Of a stretch of 64,000 nt of DNA, positions 14,250 through 26,034 are shown one piece after another. Both the position numbers and the translations under genes were made by a program. The first letter of the stretch is position 1, and every line of letters begins with the position of its first letter. Origin of the DNA: Octopus vulgaris (taxonomy: Eukaryota). Location of the stretch: the NCBI GenBank assembly GCA_951406725.2, contig OX597834.1, forward strand, positions 24,056,001 to 24,120,000, in the 5' to 3' direction. The notes under the pieces were generated by a model. The model was not told where the DNA came from. It saw nothing but the letters and a program-made list of their open reading frames with translations, and ran no database searches.

Positions 14250-14387
14250 GTAACTTCCGCCTGCCGAATTCAATCACAAAGCTTCGGTCGGCTCGGGGCT
14301 ATAGTGGAAGACACCTACCCAAAGTGCCACGCAGTGGGACTGAACCCGAAACCATGCAGCTAGGAAGCTCCCTAACCACATAGCCAT
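14250..14387 (-). mobile_element. SINE family A (5' fragment)
   Basis: cagtgggactgaacccgaaaccatg. Confidence 0.7.
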
Positions 14388-14587
14388 TTGACATTTACTT
14401 AATATTGTTGTATGTATATATTATTCCAACCTAACAAGGTGTCTTAATTTAAGTACATAATTCAACTGAATTTTACTTATATTGTCATATATATATATAT
14501 ATATACACAATTGCAGTGTGGAAGGTGTTTATAACCCATTTAAGAAACACACAAAACCGTTAGATTCACTTCAACATTTAAATTTAA

Positions 14588-14638
14588 TTTGTCAAAATAT
14601 TTTCGTCGCTATGAGACCGCGACCTGTTCACTGACAAA
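14588..14638 (-). ncRNA. Minimal type-I hammerhead ribozyme-like motif, G3:C8 core variant
   Basis: Minus strand: tttgtca GTGAACA g gtcgc ggtctcata gcgac GAAA atat TT tgacaaa. Stem I 7 bp, stem II 5 bp, palindromic stem III aatatt. Confidence 0.6.
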
Positions 14639-14660
14639 ACTTTGTGATGCAGCATGAAGT

Positions 14661-14711
14661 TTTGTCAGTGAACAGGTCACGGTCTCAAAGCGACGAAAAT
14701 ATTTTGACAAA
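14661..14711 (+). ncRNA. Second copy of the G3:C8 hammerhead-like motif (one stem II mismatch)
   Basis: tttgtca GTGAACA g gtcac ggtctcaaa gcgac GAAA atat TT tgacaaa. Confidence 0.55.
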
Positions 14712-14881
14712 TTAAATTTAAATGTTGAAGTGAATCTAAAGGTTTTGTGTGTTTCTTAAATGGCTTATAAACACCTTCCATGCTGCAATTGTTTTCGTTC
14801 CAGCACACAATCTCAGATCAAGTCACTCGCAAATCAAGTACATCTCTGTAATATATATATATATATATATACTTACATACA

Positions 14882-15998
14882 TGCATAAAAATTTAAAAGA
14901 AGAGGGAATGAACAGGCTTGAATTGCAAAACACAACAATTTCTTCTGCTCAGCTGTAACAGCTGTTAGTTCCAAAGTTTTCTGCATCATACTATTCCATA
15001 AATTATTTTATAAATAAGTTCGTAGATAAATAAGTTGCAATAACAGCTGTGTACCAACATGCCATCAGGTGAGTGACCTTGATAGCACTGCTGGATCATG
15101 TTCAGTTTCCCATTGTTCTATATGCCTTTGCATTATTAGCATTTTCAGTTTACCAAGTATCTTATAGATTGAAGGCAATACAAGTTATAAAAATACCAAA
15201 AAAATATAATGGCAGCAAAAAATAGAAACCATCATCATCATCATCATTTAATGTCCATCTTTCATGCTGGCTTGGGTTGGGCGGTTTGAAATGGGCCAGC
15301 TAGGTAGAAGACTATTGCCTGTAATTTTTTCTTCAATGATCATCACTTTACCCCAGCAGGATATCCATTTGCTTGTCCGTCCACTCTTAAAACTTAATTT
15401 CACTTATCCTGGTAGCCATCAGTCTTTTAACAGTCATTAAAATTCTTATCACATGCAAAGTGATTAAATTGCTCTTACCCATGTACACTTACATATGTAA
15501 GAAATAGTAGTAATAACAACATTAAACCAGGTTGCAAATAATAATATATAAAAATGCAATGGTAGGAATAGGAATACATGTCCCCCAGTGAATACTTTTA
15601 GTTTATGTCCTAAGATAAAAAAAAGAGAGAAACTTTTTATTTTTTACTGTCTATGTATTTTATTTATTTTTTATGGTGGGGGTGTATTTTTATAACTTTT
15701 GCTGCCATGCATCTATAAGATACTCAGTAAAGAGAGAATGCTAATTATGCAAAGCTGTATAAGACAATGGGAAACAGAGCATGATCCAACAGTGCTATCA
15801 AAGCTATCACCTGATGACATGCTGGTACACAGCTGCTGCTGCTGGATCCTATTCATGTAATTATTAATATAATTTATGTAATAATATGATACGGAAAACT
15901 CAGCAACTAACAACTGTTACCACTGCACAGAAACAATTGTTGTACTTTGTAATTAAAGCCTGTTCAGTCCATCATTTTGTTGGATAAATTTTTATGCA
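14882..15998. mobile_element. Old fold-back/MITE-like element with ~300 bp inverted arms
   Basis: tgcataaaaattt..aacaggctt..cagctgtgtacca..gtatcttatagat is inverted at atctataagatac..tggtacacagctg..aagcctgtt..aaatttttatgca. Confidence 0.65.
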
Positions 15999-16035
15999 AA
16001 TTCTGTATACTCTAACAGCAAGTAGCACTTGAAAT

Positions 16036-16272
16036 GGTTAGGGTTAGGGTTTACTTGTTTCAGTCATTTGACTGTGGCCATGCTGGAGCACTGCCTTTAG
16101 TCAAGCAACTCGACCCCAGGACCTATTCTTTGTAAGCCCAGTACTTATTCTATCGGTCTCTTTTGCTGAACTGCTAAGTGACGGGGACATAAACACACAA
16201 GCATCGGTTGTCAAGCAATGCTAGGGGGACAAACACAGACACACAAACACTAACCCTAACCCTAACCCTAAC
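16036..16272 (-). mobile_element. SINE family A 3' half flanked by (TTAGGG)2 on the left and (CCCTAA)3 on the right
   Basis: ggttagggttagggtt at 16036-16051, SINE at ~16051-16249, ctaaccctaaccctaaccctaac at 16250-16272. Confidence 0.8.
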
Positions 16273-16636
16273 AGAGTTCTATCCAGTAAAAGGCATAACC
16301 TTGTTGTATGATGGTATATGGTACATGATGACAGTATAGAAGCTTTTAAATGCACGTTAAGAGGTTATTACCTAGATAATATTAAATGCATGATATATAT
16401 ATATATATTGCACATATATATTTACATGCTTGTGTGTGTATGTATGCAAATATATATATGTATGTAGAAGGTTGGAAAGTAACACATGAGTTGATATGTA
16501 TAAGGAAAATAAGACAAAGTAGAAAATGCTAAAGTAATTTTCAACTAAAAGTAAAACAAAGGGGGATATTAATTAAGAAGAAAAACAATTAAATTGAAGA
16601 AAAAATTAAATGAAATATTTTGTAAATGTTTCCATA

Positions 16637-17044
16637 GGCGCAGGAGTGGCTGTGTGGTAAGTAGCTTGCTTACGAACCACATGGTTCCGGGTTCAGTCCC
16701 AGTGTGTGGCACCTTGGGCAAGTGTCTTTTTCTATAGCCTCGGGCCGACCAAAGCCTTGTGAGTGGATTTGGTAGACGGAAACTGAAAGAAGCCCATCGT
16801 ATATATATATATATATGTGTGTGTGCATGTGTGTTTGTGTGTCTGTGTTTGTCCCCCTAGCATTGCTTGACAACTGATGCTGGTGTGTTTATGTCCCCAT
16901 CACCTAGCGGTTCAGCAAAAGAGACCGATAGAATAAGTACTGGGCTTACAAAGAATAAGTCCCGGGGTCGAGTTGCTCGACTAAAGGTGGTGCTCCAGCA
17001 TGGCCGCAGTCAAATGACTGAAACAAGTAAAAGAAAGAAAAGAA
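16637..17044 (+). mobile_element. SINE family A, full length
   Basis: Complete head-to-tail match to the family. Confidence 0.85.
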
Positions 17045-17508
17045 ATAGTCTTCAAATAGGTAGGACATTTTCCTTTTTTCTGTCTGTCTGTCTGTCTGTC
17101 TCTCTTCCTTTCTGAAGGCTCGGTAGGTAGTAGCAGATCTGAAAAAATAATGTTCATGCATCCATTTCAAGTGCTACTTGCCCAAAGCATGGGATTCCCT
17201 GTTCACAGACTAAGCCCAAAAAAGTCCTTATGATCCAATAGCAGCCTAAGGGATGATAGATCACTTATTTTCCTCTCTCAACACACAAAGAACTGCTCTA
17301 GGGGAGATAACCCATCCTCACTAATGCCAGACTTATTTATTTTTTGATGACCAAATGACCAATCACGGTAACAGATTTCTACCTACTAGAGGGGAAGACT
17401 TAAATTTGTCTTCGCACGACAGTCTGATGAGTTATTCACAAAGCTATAGACTTTGTGGATGTGAAGCCACTGGTCACTCTATGACCAAACATTAACTTTA
17501 TTACTTTA

Positions 17509-17566
<58 letters not shown>

Positions 17567-17587
17567 ACCAGACAAAATGCATTACAT

Positions 17588-18231
17588 ATTGAGTTCAAAT
17601 GTTGCAGAGGTCAACTTTGCCTTTCATCCTTTTTGGGGTCAATAAAATAAGTACCAGTTGAGTCCTGGGGTCGAAGTAATCAATTTATCCCTGCCCCGAA
17701 CTTGCTGGCCTTGCACCAAAATTTGAAATCAATATATATATTATCAATCACAAGGCGGCGAGCTGGCAGAATCGTTAGCACGCCGGGCGAAATGCTCAGC
17801 AGTATTTCGTCTGTCACTAGGTTCTGAGTTCAAGTTCTGCCGAGGTCGACTTTGCCTTTCATCCTTTCGGGGTCGATAAATTAAGTGCAAGTTTCGCACT
17901 GGGATCGATGTAATCGACTTAATCCCTTTGTCTGTCCTTGTTTGTCCCCTCTGTGTTTGGCCCCTTGTGGGCAGTAAAGAAAAAATAAAATAAAAAAAAA
18001 GGCGGCGAGCTGGCAGAAACGTTAGCACGCCGGGTGAAATGCATAGCAGTATTTCGTTTGCCATTACGTTCTAAGTTCAAATTCCGTCGAGGTTGACTTC
18101 GCCTTTCATCCTTTCAGGGTCGATAAATTAAGTGCCAGTTTCGCACTGGGGTCGATATAATCAACTTAATCCATTTGTCTGTCCTTGTTTGTCCCCTCTG
18201 TGTTTAGCCCTTTGTGGGTAGTAAAGAAATA
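17588..18231 (+). mobile_element. Cluster of SINE family B copies (one partial, two tandem full length)
   Basis: Partial copy 17588-17730; heads ggcggcgagctggcaga at 17754 and 18001. Confidence 0.85.
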
Positions 18232-18240
18232 TATATCTCT

Positions 18241-18508
18241 CTTTACTCTTTTGCTTGTTTCAGTCATTTGACTGCGGCCATACTGGAGCACCACCTTTAG
18301 TCGAGCAACTCGACACCGGGACTTATTCTTTGTAAGCCCAGTACTTATTCTATTGGTCTCTTTTTGCCAAACTGCTAAGTGACGGGGGCATAAACACACC
18401 AGCATTGGTTGTCAAGCAATGCTAGGGGGACAGACACAGACACACAAACATACACGCACACATATATCTATATATACATATATACGACAGGCTTCTTTCA
18501 GTTTCCGT
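18241..18508 (-). mobile_element. SINE family A (3' part)
   Basis: Tail and central region match the family. Confidence 0.8.
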
Positions 18509-18820
18509 ATATATATATATATATATATATATTATCAATCACATATACTTAACATATATGTTTTGTGTATTTGCTAATAGGCTGCAGTCTGGCATGGTGG
18601 GAGTACTCTCTCAAAGCGCTGGGTGTTAAAACCCCTGAAAGCCATAGACAGGCAAGATAACTCACCTCCAATCCTATTCAGGAGTGATGGACATCATGTA
18701 CCTGCACAAGATCAGAGATGAATCTCATCACCAGTCCACACCTTATATGCATATACCATGAAAATTATGTGCAAGCTTACCCAGACAATGCATACATAAG
18801 AATAAATTTAAATATGAAAT

Positions 18821-19050
18821 CAATTGCAGCATGGAAGGTGTTTGTAAGCCATTTAAGAAACACACAAAAGCCGTTCGATTCACTTCAACATTTAAGTCTA
18901 ATTTGTCAAAATATTTTCGTAAATGTTGAAGTGAATCGAATGGCTTTTGTGTGTTTCGTAAATGGCTTACAAACACCTTCCACACTGCAATTGTTTTCGT
19001 TTCAGCACACGATCTCAGATCAAATCACTTGCTATGCAAGTACATCTCCG
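18821..19050. mobile_element. Second copy of the 14507 palindromic element with a central deletion
   Basis: Same arms (caattgcag..ggaaggtgtt..ttcacttcaacattt) and right extension. The centre is deleted at ...aaaatattttcgt|aaatgttgaag. Confidence 0.75.
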
Positions 19051-20719
19051 TAAATATGAAATATTTACACACTATTTACAGTTATGTAAATAGAGGGACC
19101 TTAAACTCTTGAACTCACTGGCTTGGTTTAGTTTTAGCTGTCAAAGAGGATTGGCTGCTTTGCATTTATTACAGGTGCCATCAAGAGGGTGCAAGCATCT
19201 GGCATTTTACTATGTCTGCAGTCAATCTATCATGACAAAAGGAAAAAAGTCTTCTGTAGTAGCATCTGCTAAAGTGTGTGAGGCCTACACTGTGTATTGT
19301 GGCAGGCTTAATAAAAAAAAAGGATGTGTTGAATAATGGGATCCTGGGTTGTCTGCACATAGGAAAAAGATGGGTTGGTCATGGCTGGAATACCTTTAAT
19401 TATAGGTCTTTTCAATCAGAGCTGACCCGATCAACAATATTCAACATAGGTACAGCTTATATTTCTGAAAGGTGGGGATTTAATCAAACTGACCGCTAGA
19501 CTGGATACTTAATTTTATCAATCCTATGAGGATGGGGACAAAACTGACCTTTACTGGATTTGGGCTCAGGAATGTAAAGAGTCATAGCCCAATACAAAAA
19601 GGTGTTCGAGCCAGCACTCTGACGCTTCTGCCATTCCTAAGATTCCCTACATCATTATTCCACTAATATCCCCACATATAGAATATTGTTAATCATAAGT
19701 CAGCTCCATCAGAGACTGACTAATGGCTTAACAACAACAATGATACCAAAGTCTTGAACCAAACACATCAGTCGTTAATCACCAGTAGTGTGAAGTGAAC
19801 CACAGACAGTGTTTTGTCTGAAAATATATCTTTCTCTGACATTCTGTGTGTGCATGCATGCATGTGTGTGCATGTGGTGTATGTTATTTCATACACATGC
19901 CAGCACGGAAAATGGACATTAAATGATGATCATGATCATGATATTGCTTGCGAGACTTGGAGACAGATCCACCAAATTTATATCTCACTAAACAAAGATT
20001 ATTTTAGATCCAAAAATTCTGCCTTCAAATAATAATATCCTTCTTTTTTTTGTATTCCATTTATTATTGTTGTTGTGGTTGTCGTTCTCATTGGCATCAT
20101 CATAACTGCTCCAAATAAATCTAATTTTCTATCACTTTAAGATCTGAAAAATACTCTCTAATTTAATAAAATACTAAAATACTGCTCTGTCACAGAAATA
20201 AATTTATCAACAGGAATATTTCAGGAGGAGTTCAAGAATATTTCCTTCCTTGTACAATAATCCAATTTCTTGTTTTTACCAAAAAAAAGAAAAGTGTGAG
20301 AACCTTTCTTGCACTTATTCCATCCCGCCTTCCTGCTTTGCCTAACCCTCCTCTTCCCTAACCCTCCTATTCCAGCCTTTCAAAGACAATCAGATATTTA
20401 TGAATTTTATTCCACAGTGAATACTTCTATTTATTTATTGATGCCTGGCTAAGAAGAGGAAGGGACAGTGCCCATTGTTTTATTTGCATGTCTTTGGAGA
20501 TTGGAAGAGGGGGAAAGAAATACAGTTCAGTGTTTGGTGTTATTGTTTAGTCCTGAGGCCAGTTCTGCTGGAGGAGAGATATGATCAAAGCCATTCCAAT
20601 TTTGGCCATCTTGGTGGTGAGAGTGTCATAGCAAGAATTCTCATAAATGTCTGGAGGGAAGAGCAACATTTTAGCCTCCCGTCCACTTGCCTACCTTAAT
20701 TAACAGATAAGCCAGAAGA

Positions 20720-21572
20720 AATATTACACCCCTTCACACAGGAGTGAAAATAAAATTAAAGACAAAATTCATAATTTATACTTTTAACACATACTAAACA
20801 TGATAAGCATAAATAAAAGTAAGTTTTTAAAAAAATGCATCCAATTTCACTCGAATTATCAGAGTTTTTTTCAATTTGGCAGCAACCATTTCCTTTACCT
20901 CCATTCCCAAGATGGAGCAATTGTTTAGCTGAGCATAAAGAACACATTCAGTTAGCAGTGCAGGAGCTAACCCCTGAAATGTTTCAAAATGTGTTTCACA
21001 ATGCTAAGGAGAGATTTGAAGTATGCAGGGATACAGACATGTTGAAAATCTCTCTATATATAAAGCTGATGTTGTCTGAGTATGGCAGGTTTGGTAGCCT
21101 TCAACTAACACTATCTCCTCCGAGATCCTGCGGCGCAAGTTGACCAAAATTGAAAGTATGATAGAAGAAGGCTTGCTCTTCCTTCCGTAGAAGAAAAAAT
21201 TCAAATTGGACCATGTTAACGCCAAAAATTATTTACATCAAAAAGGTGCTTTTTTTTTCTATGGAAATCCTTATTTTTTACGATTTTTTGACTGCTGTGT
21301 CACCATTTTTCGGTGCATTTCAACCAGAAAAATGTTCACTTAAAGAGAATAACAAGCTACATAATGCAAAATTTTTACTTTTCAAAAATTTTCTAATTCT
21401 AAAGGGTCGAAACAAACCCGAGCAACGCCGGACGATACTGCTAGTTTTCAATAAAAGTTTAACGTAAGATTTATAAATCTATTTGTTTTGTCAATAAACA
21501 TAAAATTCTGTCAGTTTTTTAAGAATTCATTCAATTTCATGAAACAGATAGTTAAGCCTAGAACACCCTGTA
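20720..21572 (+). mobile_element. Tc1/mariner remnant (transposase C-terminus and right TIR) interrupted by a Helitron
   Basis: LAEHKEHIQLAVQELTPEMFQNVFHNAKERFEVC...HVENFQ*; the right end is gcctagaacaccctg-TA. Confidence 0.6.
21049..21444 (+). mobile_element. Non-autonomous Helitron
   Basis: 5' TCTCTCTATATATAAA, subterminal hairpin ccgagcaacgccgg and 3' CTAG. Inserted between A and T with no TSD; removal restores cat gtt gaa aat ttt caa taa. Confidence 0.8.
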
Positions 21573-22030
21573 TGGTGTAGCTTTGTTAGTTGTTGCATTC
21601 CTTAAATCCTTAAAAATGTTTTAGCCCGAAGGCCGCGGCCATGCTGGGGTACCACCGCTGCATTGCTCAAGTAAATATTAAAATCAAAGGTCTTCTTGCT
21701 GTAAGCATGTCATCTTTTTGTTAAGCATATTGTATTAAGGAGTATATTATCCAAAATGAGTCTCTCCTTTATAGGCATGACTGGGTGGTTGAGAATCTTG
21801 CTTTCCAGCCATGCTGCCTTGGGTTCATCCCATTGTGCAGCATGAGGCCAATCAAAGCCTTGTGTATTATATAATTGCCATTACTGCATTGATATATAAA
21901 ATGAAGCATACAACTCACTTATGTCATATAATAAACAAACAGAAGTTCATGTATGTAATTGATCTTTTTTGTACTTCAATTATTACATGTTTTTTTCCCC
22001 TATAAAATACACACATACAGGAGGAGTAAA

Positions 22031-22114
22031 TCTCTATATATAATAACACTTTAAATGTGGCTCCCAAGAAAGAATAAAAGTAATTACCCGATCAACGACG
22101 GGTATTACTGCTAT
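22031..22114 (+). mobile_element. Miniature Helitron-like element
   Basis: TCTCTATATATAA start, hairpin tacccg..cgggta, and a degenerate end ctgCTAT. Confidence 0.5.
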
Positions 22115-22133
22115 CTTATATATATATATATTA

Positions 22134-22922
22134 TCTTTTACTTGTTTCAGTCATATGACTGTGGCCATGCTGGGGCACCACCTTGAAGAGTTTTAGTCAA
22201 ACAAATTGAAGCAGTACTTTTTTTTTAAAGCCAGGTACTTATTTTAACAGTCACTTTTGCTTAACCACTAAGTTATAAGGGACATAAACAAACCAACACT
22301 GTTGTCAAGTGATAGCAGAGGATAGGCATAAACACACATACACGCTCACATGCACATACACTCACACACACACACAAATGCATGTACAATGGACTTCCTT
22401 CAGTTTCCATCTACCAAATTCACTCACAAGGCGCAGGAGTGGCTGTGTGGTAAGTAGCTTGCTAACCAGCCACATGGTTCCGGGTTCAGTCCCACTGCGT
22501 GGCATCTTGGGCAAGTGTCTTCTGCTATAGCCCCGGGCCGACCAATGCCTTGTGAGTGGATTTGGTAGACGGAAACTGAAAGAAGCCTGTCGTATATATG
22601 TATGTCCCCCTAGCATTGCTTGACAACCGATGCTGGTGTGTTTATGTCCCCGTTACTTAGTGGTTCGGCAAAAGAGACCGATAGAATAAGTACTGGGCTT
22701 ACAAAAGAATAAGTCCCGGGGTCAAGTTGCTCGATTAAAGGCGGTGCTCCAGCATGGCCGCAGTCAAATGACTGAAACAAGTAAAAGGGTAAAAGAGTAA
22801 AGAGTAAGGCTTTCATTGGGCCAGGGCTATAGAAGATACTTGCCAAAGGTGCCACACAGTGGAACCTAACCCGGAACCATAATGGTTGTGAAGCAAACAT
22901 CTTACAACACTGCCATGCCTGC
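22134..22922. mobile_element. Nested SINEs: a plus-strand family A copy (22430-22806) inside an older minus-strand family A copy
   Basis: The host is split at ...ctcacaag|gc and resumes at 22807 with aaggctttc..gggctatagaagatacttgcc. Confidence 0.75.
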
Positions 22923-23329
22923 ACCCATATATATATATGTTATAATCAACACTCAGTCAGTTAACCAGCTGGGTTTTTTTTCTCTCTCTAGAGTGCCACT
23001 TATCTTTTACTTCTTATATCTAACATCATTTGCATAAATATCTTTATTAATTCACAGTCACTAATGACATTATTAACCATGTACAAGAACAAAGACACTA
23101 AATGTTTATATATCTTAATTATAAACTGTCACACACCCCTTGTATAAATTGTCACAACAGTCTAATCTAAACCATTACACACTTCTTATATAACCATCAC
23201 AAAACACCTTGTATAAACCATCACGTACCTTCTATTTTTTCTGATATATCAGTTTCATAAAATTTTCTCTGCTTCTTCAACACACAAAATTAATGTGAAA
23301 CAGTTAGTCTCTACTGTTTCTTTCTTCAC

Positions 23330-24500
23330 CTGAGCACCTCAATATTGTTTTGTCCCATTTGAGACTGTGAATGAATCAGACTCCCCCCCCCCCATAGATC
23401 TAACAGAAACTATCATCCCCTGATGGAAAGAAATAATGACATTGAGCACCTTTTCAGGAGCACCTAGCTTTCTAAGGACAACCCAAAGAGCATCCCTAGA
23501 TATGGTGCTGAAAGCTTTGGTTAGATCTACAAAGGTGATAAAAACGTCTTGGAAGTGCTCATGAGATTTTTTCTGCTGTTGCCTTAGGCTGAAAATCCTA
23601 TCCACTGTGCCTCTACCAGCCCAAAAGCCATGCCAAGATTCAGGCAACACTAGGCTGACAAGGGCATCAAGTAGTCCGTTTAAGATAACCCTTCCAAGAA
23701 TCTTCCCAGAAACTCACAAAACGGAAATACCTCTATGGTTGTCACATTCACATTTGTTGTCTTTGTGCTTATAAAGATGGCTTATAAAGACTGGCTTCTG
23801 TGCCGGTGGCACATAAAAAGCACCAACCGATCGTGGCCGATACCAGACCCCTCTGGCACCTGTGCAGGTGGCACGTAAAAAGCACCCACTACACTCGCGG
23901 AGTGGTTGGCGTTAGGAAGGGCATCCAGCTGTAGAAACACTGCCAGATCAGACTGGAGCCTGGAGCAGCCCCTGGCTCCCCAGACCCCGGTCGAACCATC
24001 CAACCCGTGCTAGCGCGGAAAACAGACGTTAAACGATGATGATGATGATGAATAGAAGCTTCTTTAAACTCTTGTGGGACTGATCCTAATTCCCAGATTA
24101 AGGAGAAGAGTTAACATAATTTGTTCTGCAGGAGATTGCATCCTCATTTATATATCTCAGCTGGTATGCCATGATTGCCAGATGACTTTCCATTTGTGAG
24201 CTGTTTTATGGTCTTTTTTTTATCTCAGCATTTGATGGAGTAACTGAGTTCTTCATCAACATTCGAGTCCATATTCAGAACGTTTGAAAAATGCTCTGCC
24301 CAGTGCTTCATGATCCCCCTTTTTGCCCGTGAAAATATTACTCTCAATTGAAAGCACGGGAATTGAGCCAACAAACACATGTCCAAAAAGACCCTTTAAA
24401 TTCTGATAGAATGGCTTCAAGTCACATCTGTCTGCGGCATACTGCAACTCTTGAGTCTGTTTTCACCACCATGTCTATTTCATTTGCCTCAGTTGGGATT
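23330..24500 (-). pseudogene. RTE/BovB-like LINE ORF2 reverse transcriptase fragment
   Basis: LPESWHGFWAGRGTVDRIFSLRQ...FITFVDLTKAFSTISRDALW...VSNGTKQ, with stops and frameshifts. Confidence 0.85.
23783..24050 (+). mobile_element. RTE 3' UTR fragment with (ATG)n tail inserted in the LINE
   Basis: ggcacgtaaaaagcacc..gcgttaggaagggcatccag..gttaaacgatgatgat. Confidence 0.7.
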
Positions 24501-24526
24501 GGCATGTATTTATGGACTTTTAAAAC

Positions 24527-25060
24527 TCATACATACATACATACAAACATACATACAAACATACATACATACATACATACATACATACATACATACAAAC
24601 ATACATACATACATACATACATACATGCATGCATGCATACATACATGCATACAAACATACATACATACATACAAACATACATACATACATGCATACAAAC
24701 ATACATACATACATACATACATACATACATACATACAAACAAACATACATACATACAAACATACATACGTACAAACATACATACATACATACATACATAC
24801 ATACATACATACATACATACATACATACATACAAACATACATACATACATACATACATACATACATTCATACATACATACATACATACATACATACATAC
24901 ATACAAACAAACATACATACATACATACAAACATACATACATACATACATGCATACATACATACATGCATACATACAAACATACATACATACATACATAC
25001 ATACATACATACAAACATACATACATACATACATACATACATACATACATACATACATAC
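24527..25060. repeat. (CATA)n microsatellite, ~530 bp
   Basis: Directly visible; it explains the HTYI/MYVC ORFs. Confidence 0.95.
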
Positions 25061-25062
25061 AA

Positions 25063-25300
25063 AAATACCCCGTTGTTGATGTTGAAATTCTAATGAAGGA
25101 ACCTTGGATGTATGTCAGAAACTGGCTCTTTCTCTATTGGCAAGAAATCTTGAAATAAAATGAATAATGACATCCAAACAATAATACCCTGTTGCTGATG
25201 TTGAAATTCCAATGAAGGGGCCTTGGATCTAGGTTAGAAACCGGGTCTTTCTCAATTGGCAAGAAGTCTTGAAATAAAACTGAACAATGGCATACATACA
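25063..25300 (+). repeat. Tandem pair of ~120 bp units with a decayed hammerhead-like motif
   Basis: gatgttgaaattc(t/c)aatgaagg..agaaac(t/c)gg(c/g)tctttctc..ttggcaagaa..ttgaaataaaa occurs twice. Confidence 0.6.
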
Positions 25301-25977
25301 TAAGGACTCACATTTGTTTAAATACCATGGCCTCATTTACAGTTTGAACCTAGGACAACTATACTTACCCTCACTCTACTAATGCAAACTTCACTCTTTT
25401 TAATTAAGTACAGAGTACCGGAGGTCAAAGGTCAGTCACCTCCCCATTTAACACCCCTACCACCACCTCCACTCATCACCACCACCACCATCACCACCAA
25501 GAATCATTTGAAATGAAAATAGCTTCTACTTTGTAACCAATTTAGTCTTATCAATTGATTTGTGATGGTGGAGGTAAGGACAGAGGTAAGTCAGTCGTGA
25601 GTGTGAAGGAGATGATGGTAATGTTGGTGGTGATGTGGCAGTGGGTGTGGTGTGGTGGTCGTGGTGGGAATTATGTGATGATAGAGATGAAGTTAATGAT
25701 GGTGTATTGTGGGATGATGGTGGTGTTAGTGGTAGTGATGGTGAGGATGGTGGTGATGGTGGTGCCATGAAGCTAAAGTTGATCTGATGCTGTGCTAGTG
25801 TTAGTGATTGTAGTATTTGTGGTAATGTAATGGTGGTGGTGGTGGTGAGACAATAGTAATGTGTTGATGGTGGCAATGGTGGTGTTGGTTTATATCTAAA
25901 TTGGAATCTATTGATTTATTAAAGAAGGATAGGACCAGTGAGGAGAAGGGTGAAGAAGCTTGTGATTAAGAGACAAT

Positions 25978-26034
<57 letters not shown>

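Larger units (their letters stand above)
14507..14850. mobile_element. Palindromic Penelope-LTR-like element with two inverted hammerhead-like motifs
   Basis: ~136 bp arms (14507-14642, 14657-14792) with a 14-nt spacer and a unique right extension, flanked by (TA)n. A second copy lies at 18821-19050. Confidence 0.7.

Noticed and set aside
17423-17450. CTGATGAG hammerhead core
   Set aside because: No stem II or GAAA follows.
24348-25158. Long ORFs of 150-243 aa (HTYI/MYVC repeats)
   Set aside because: Translations of the (CATA)n microsatellite.
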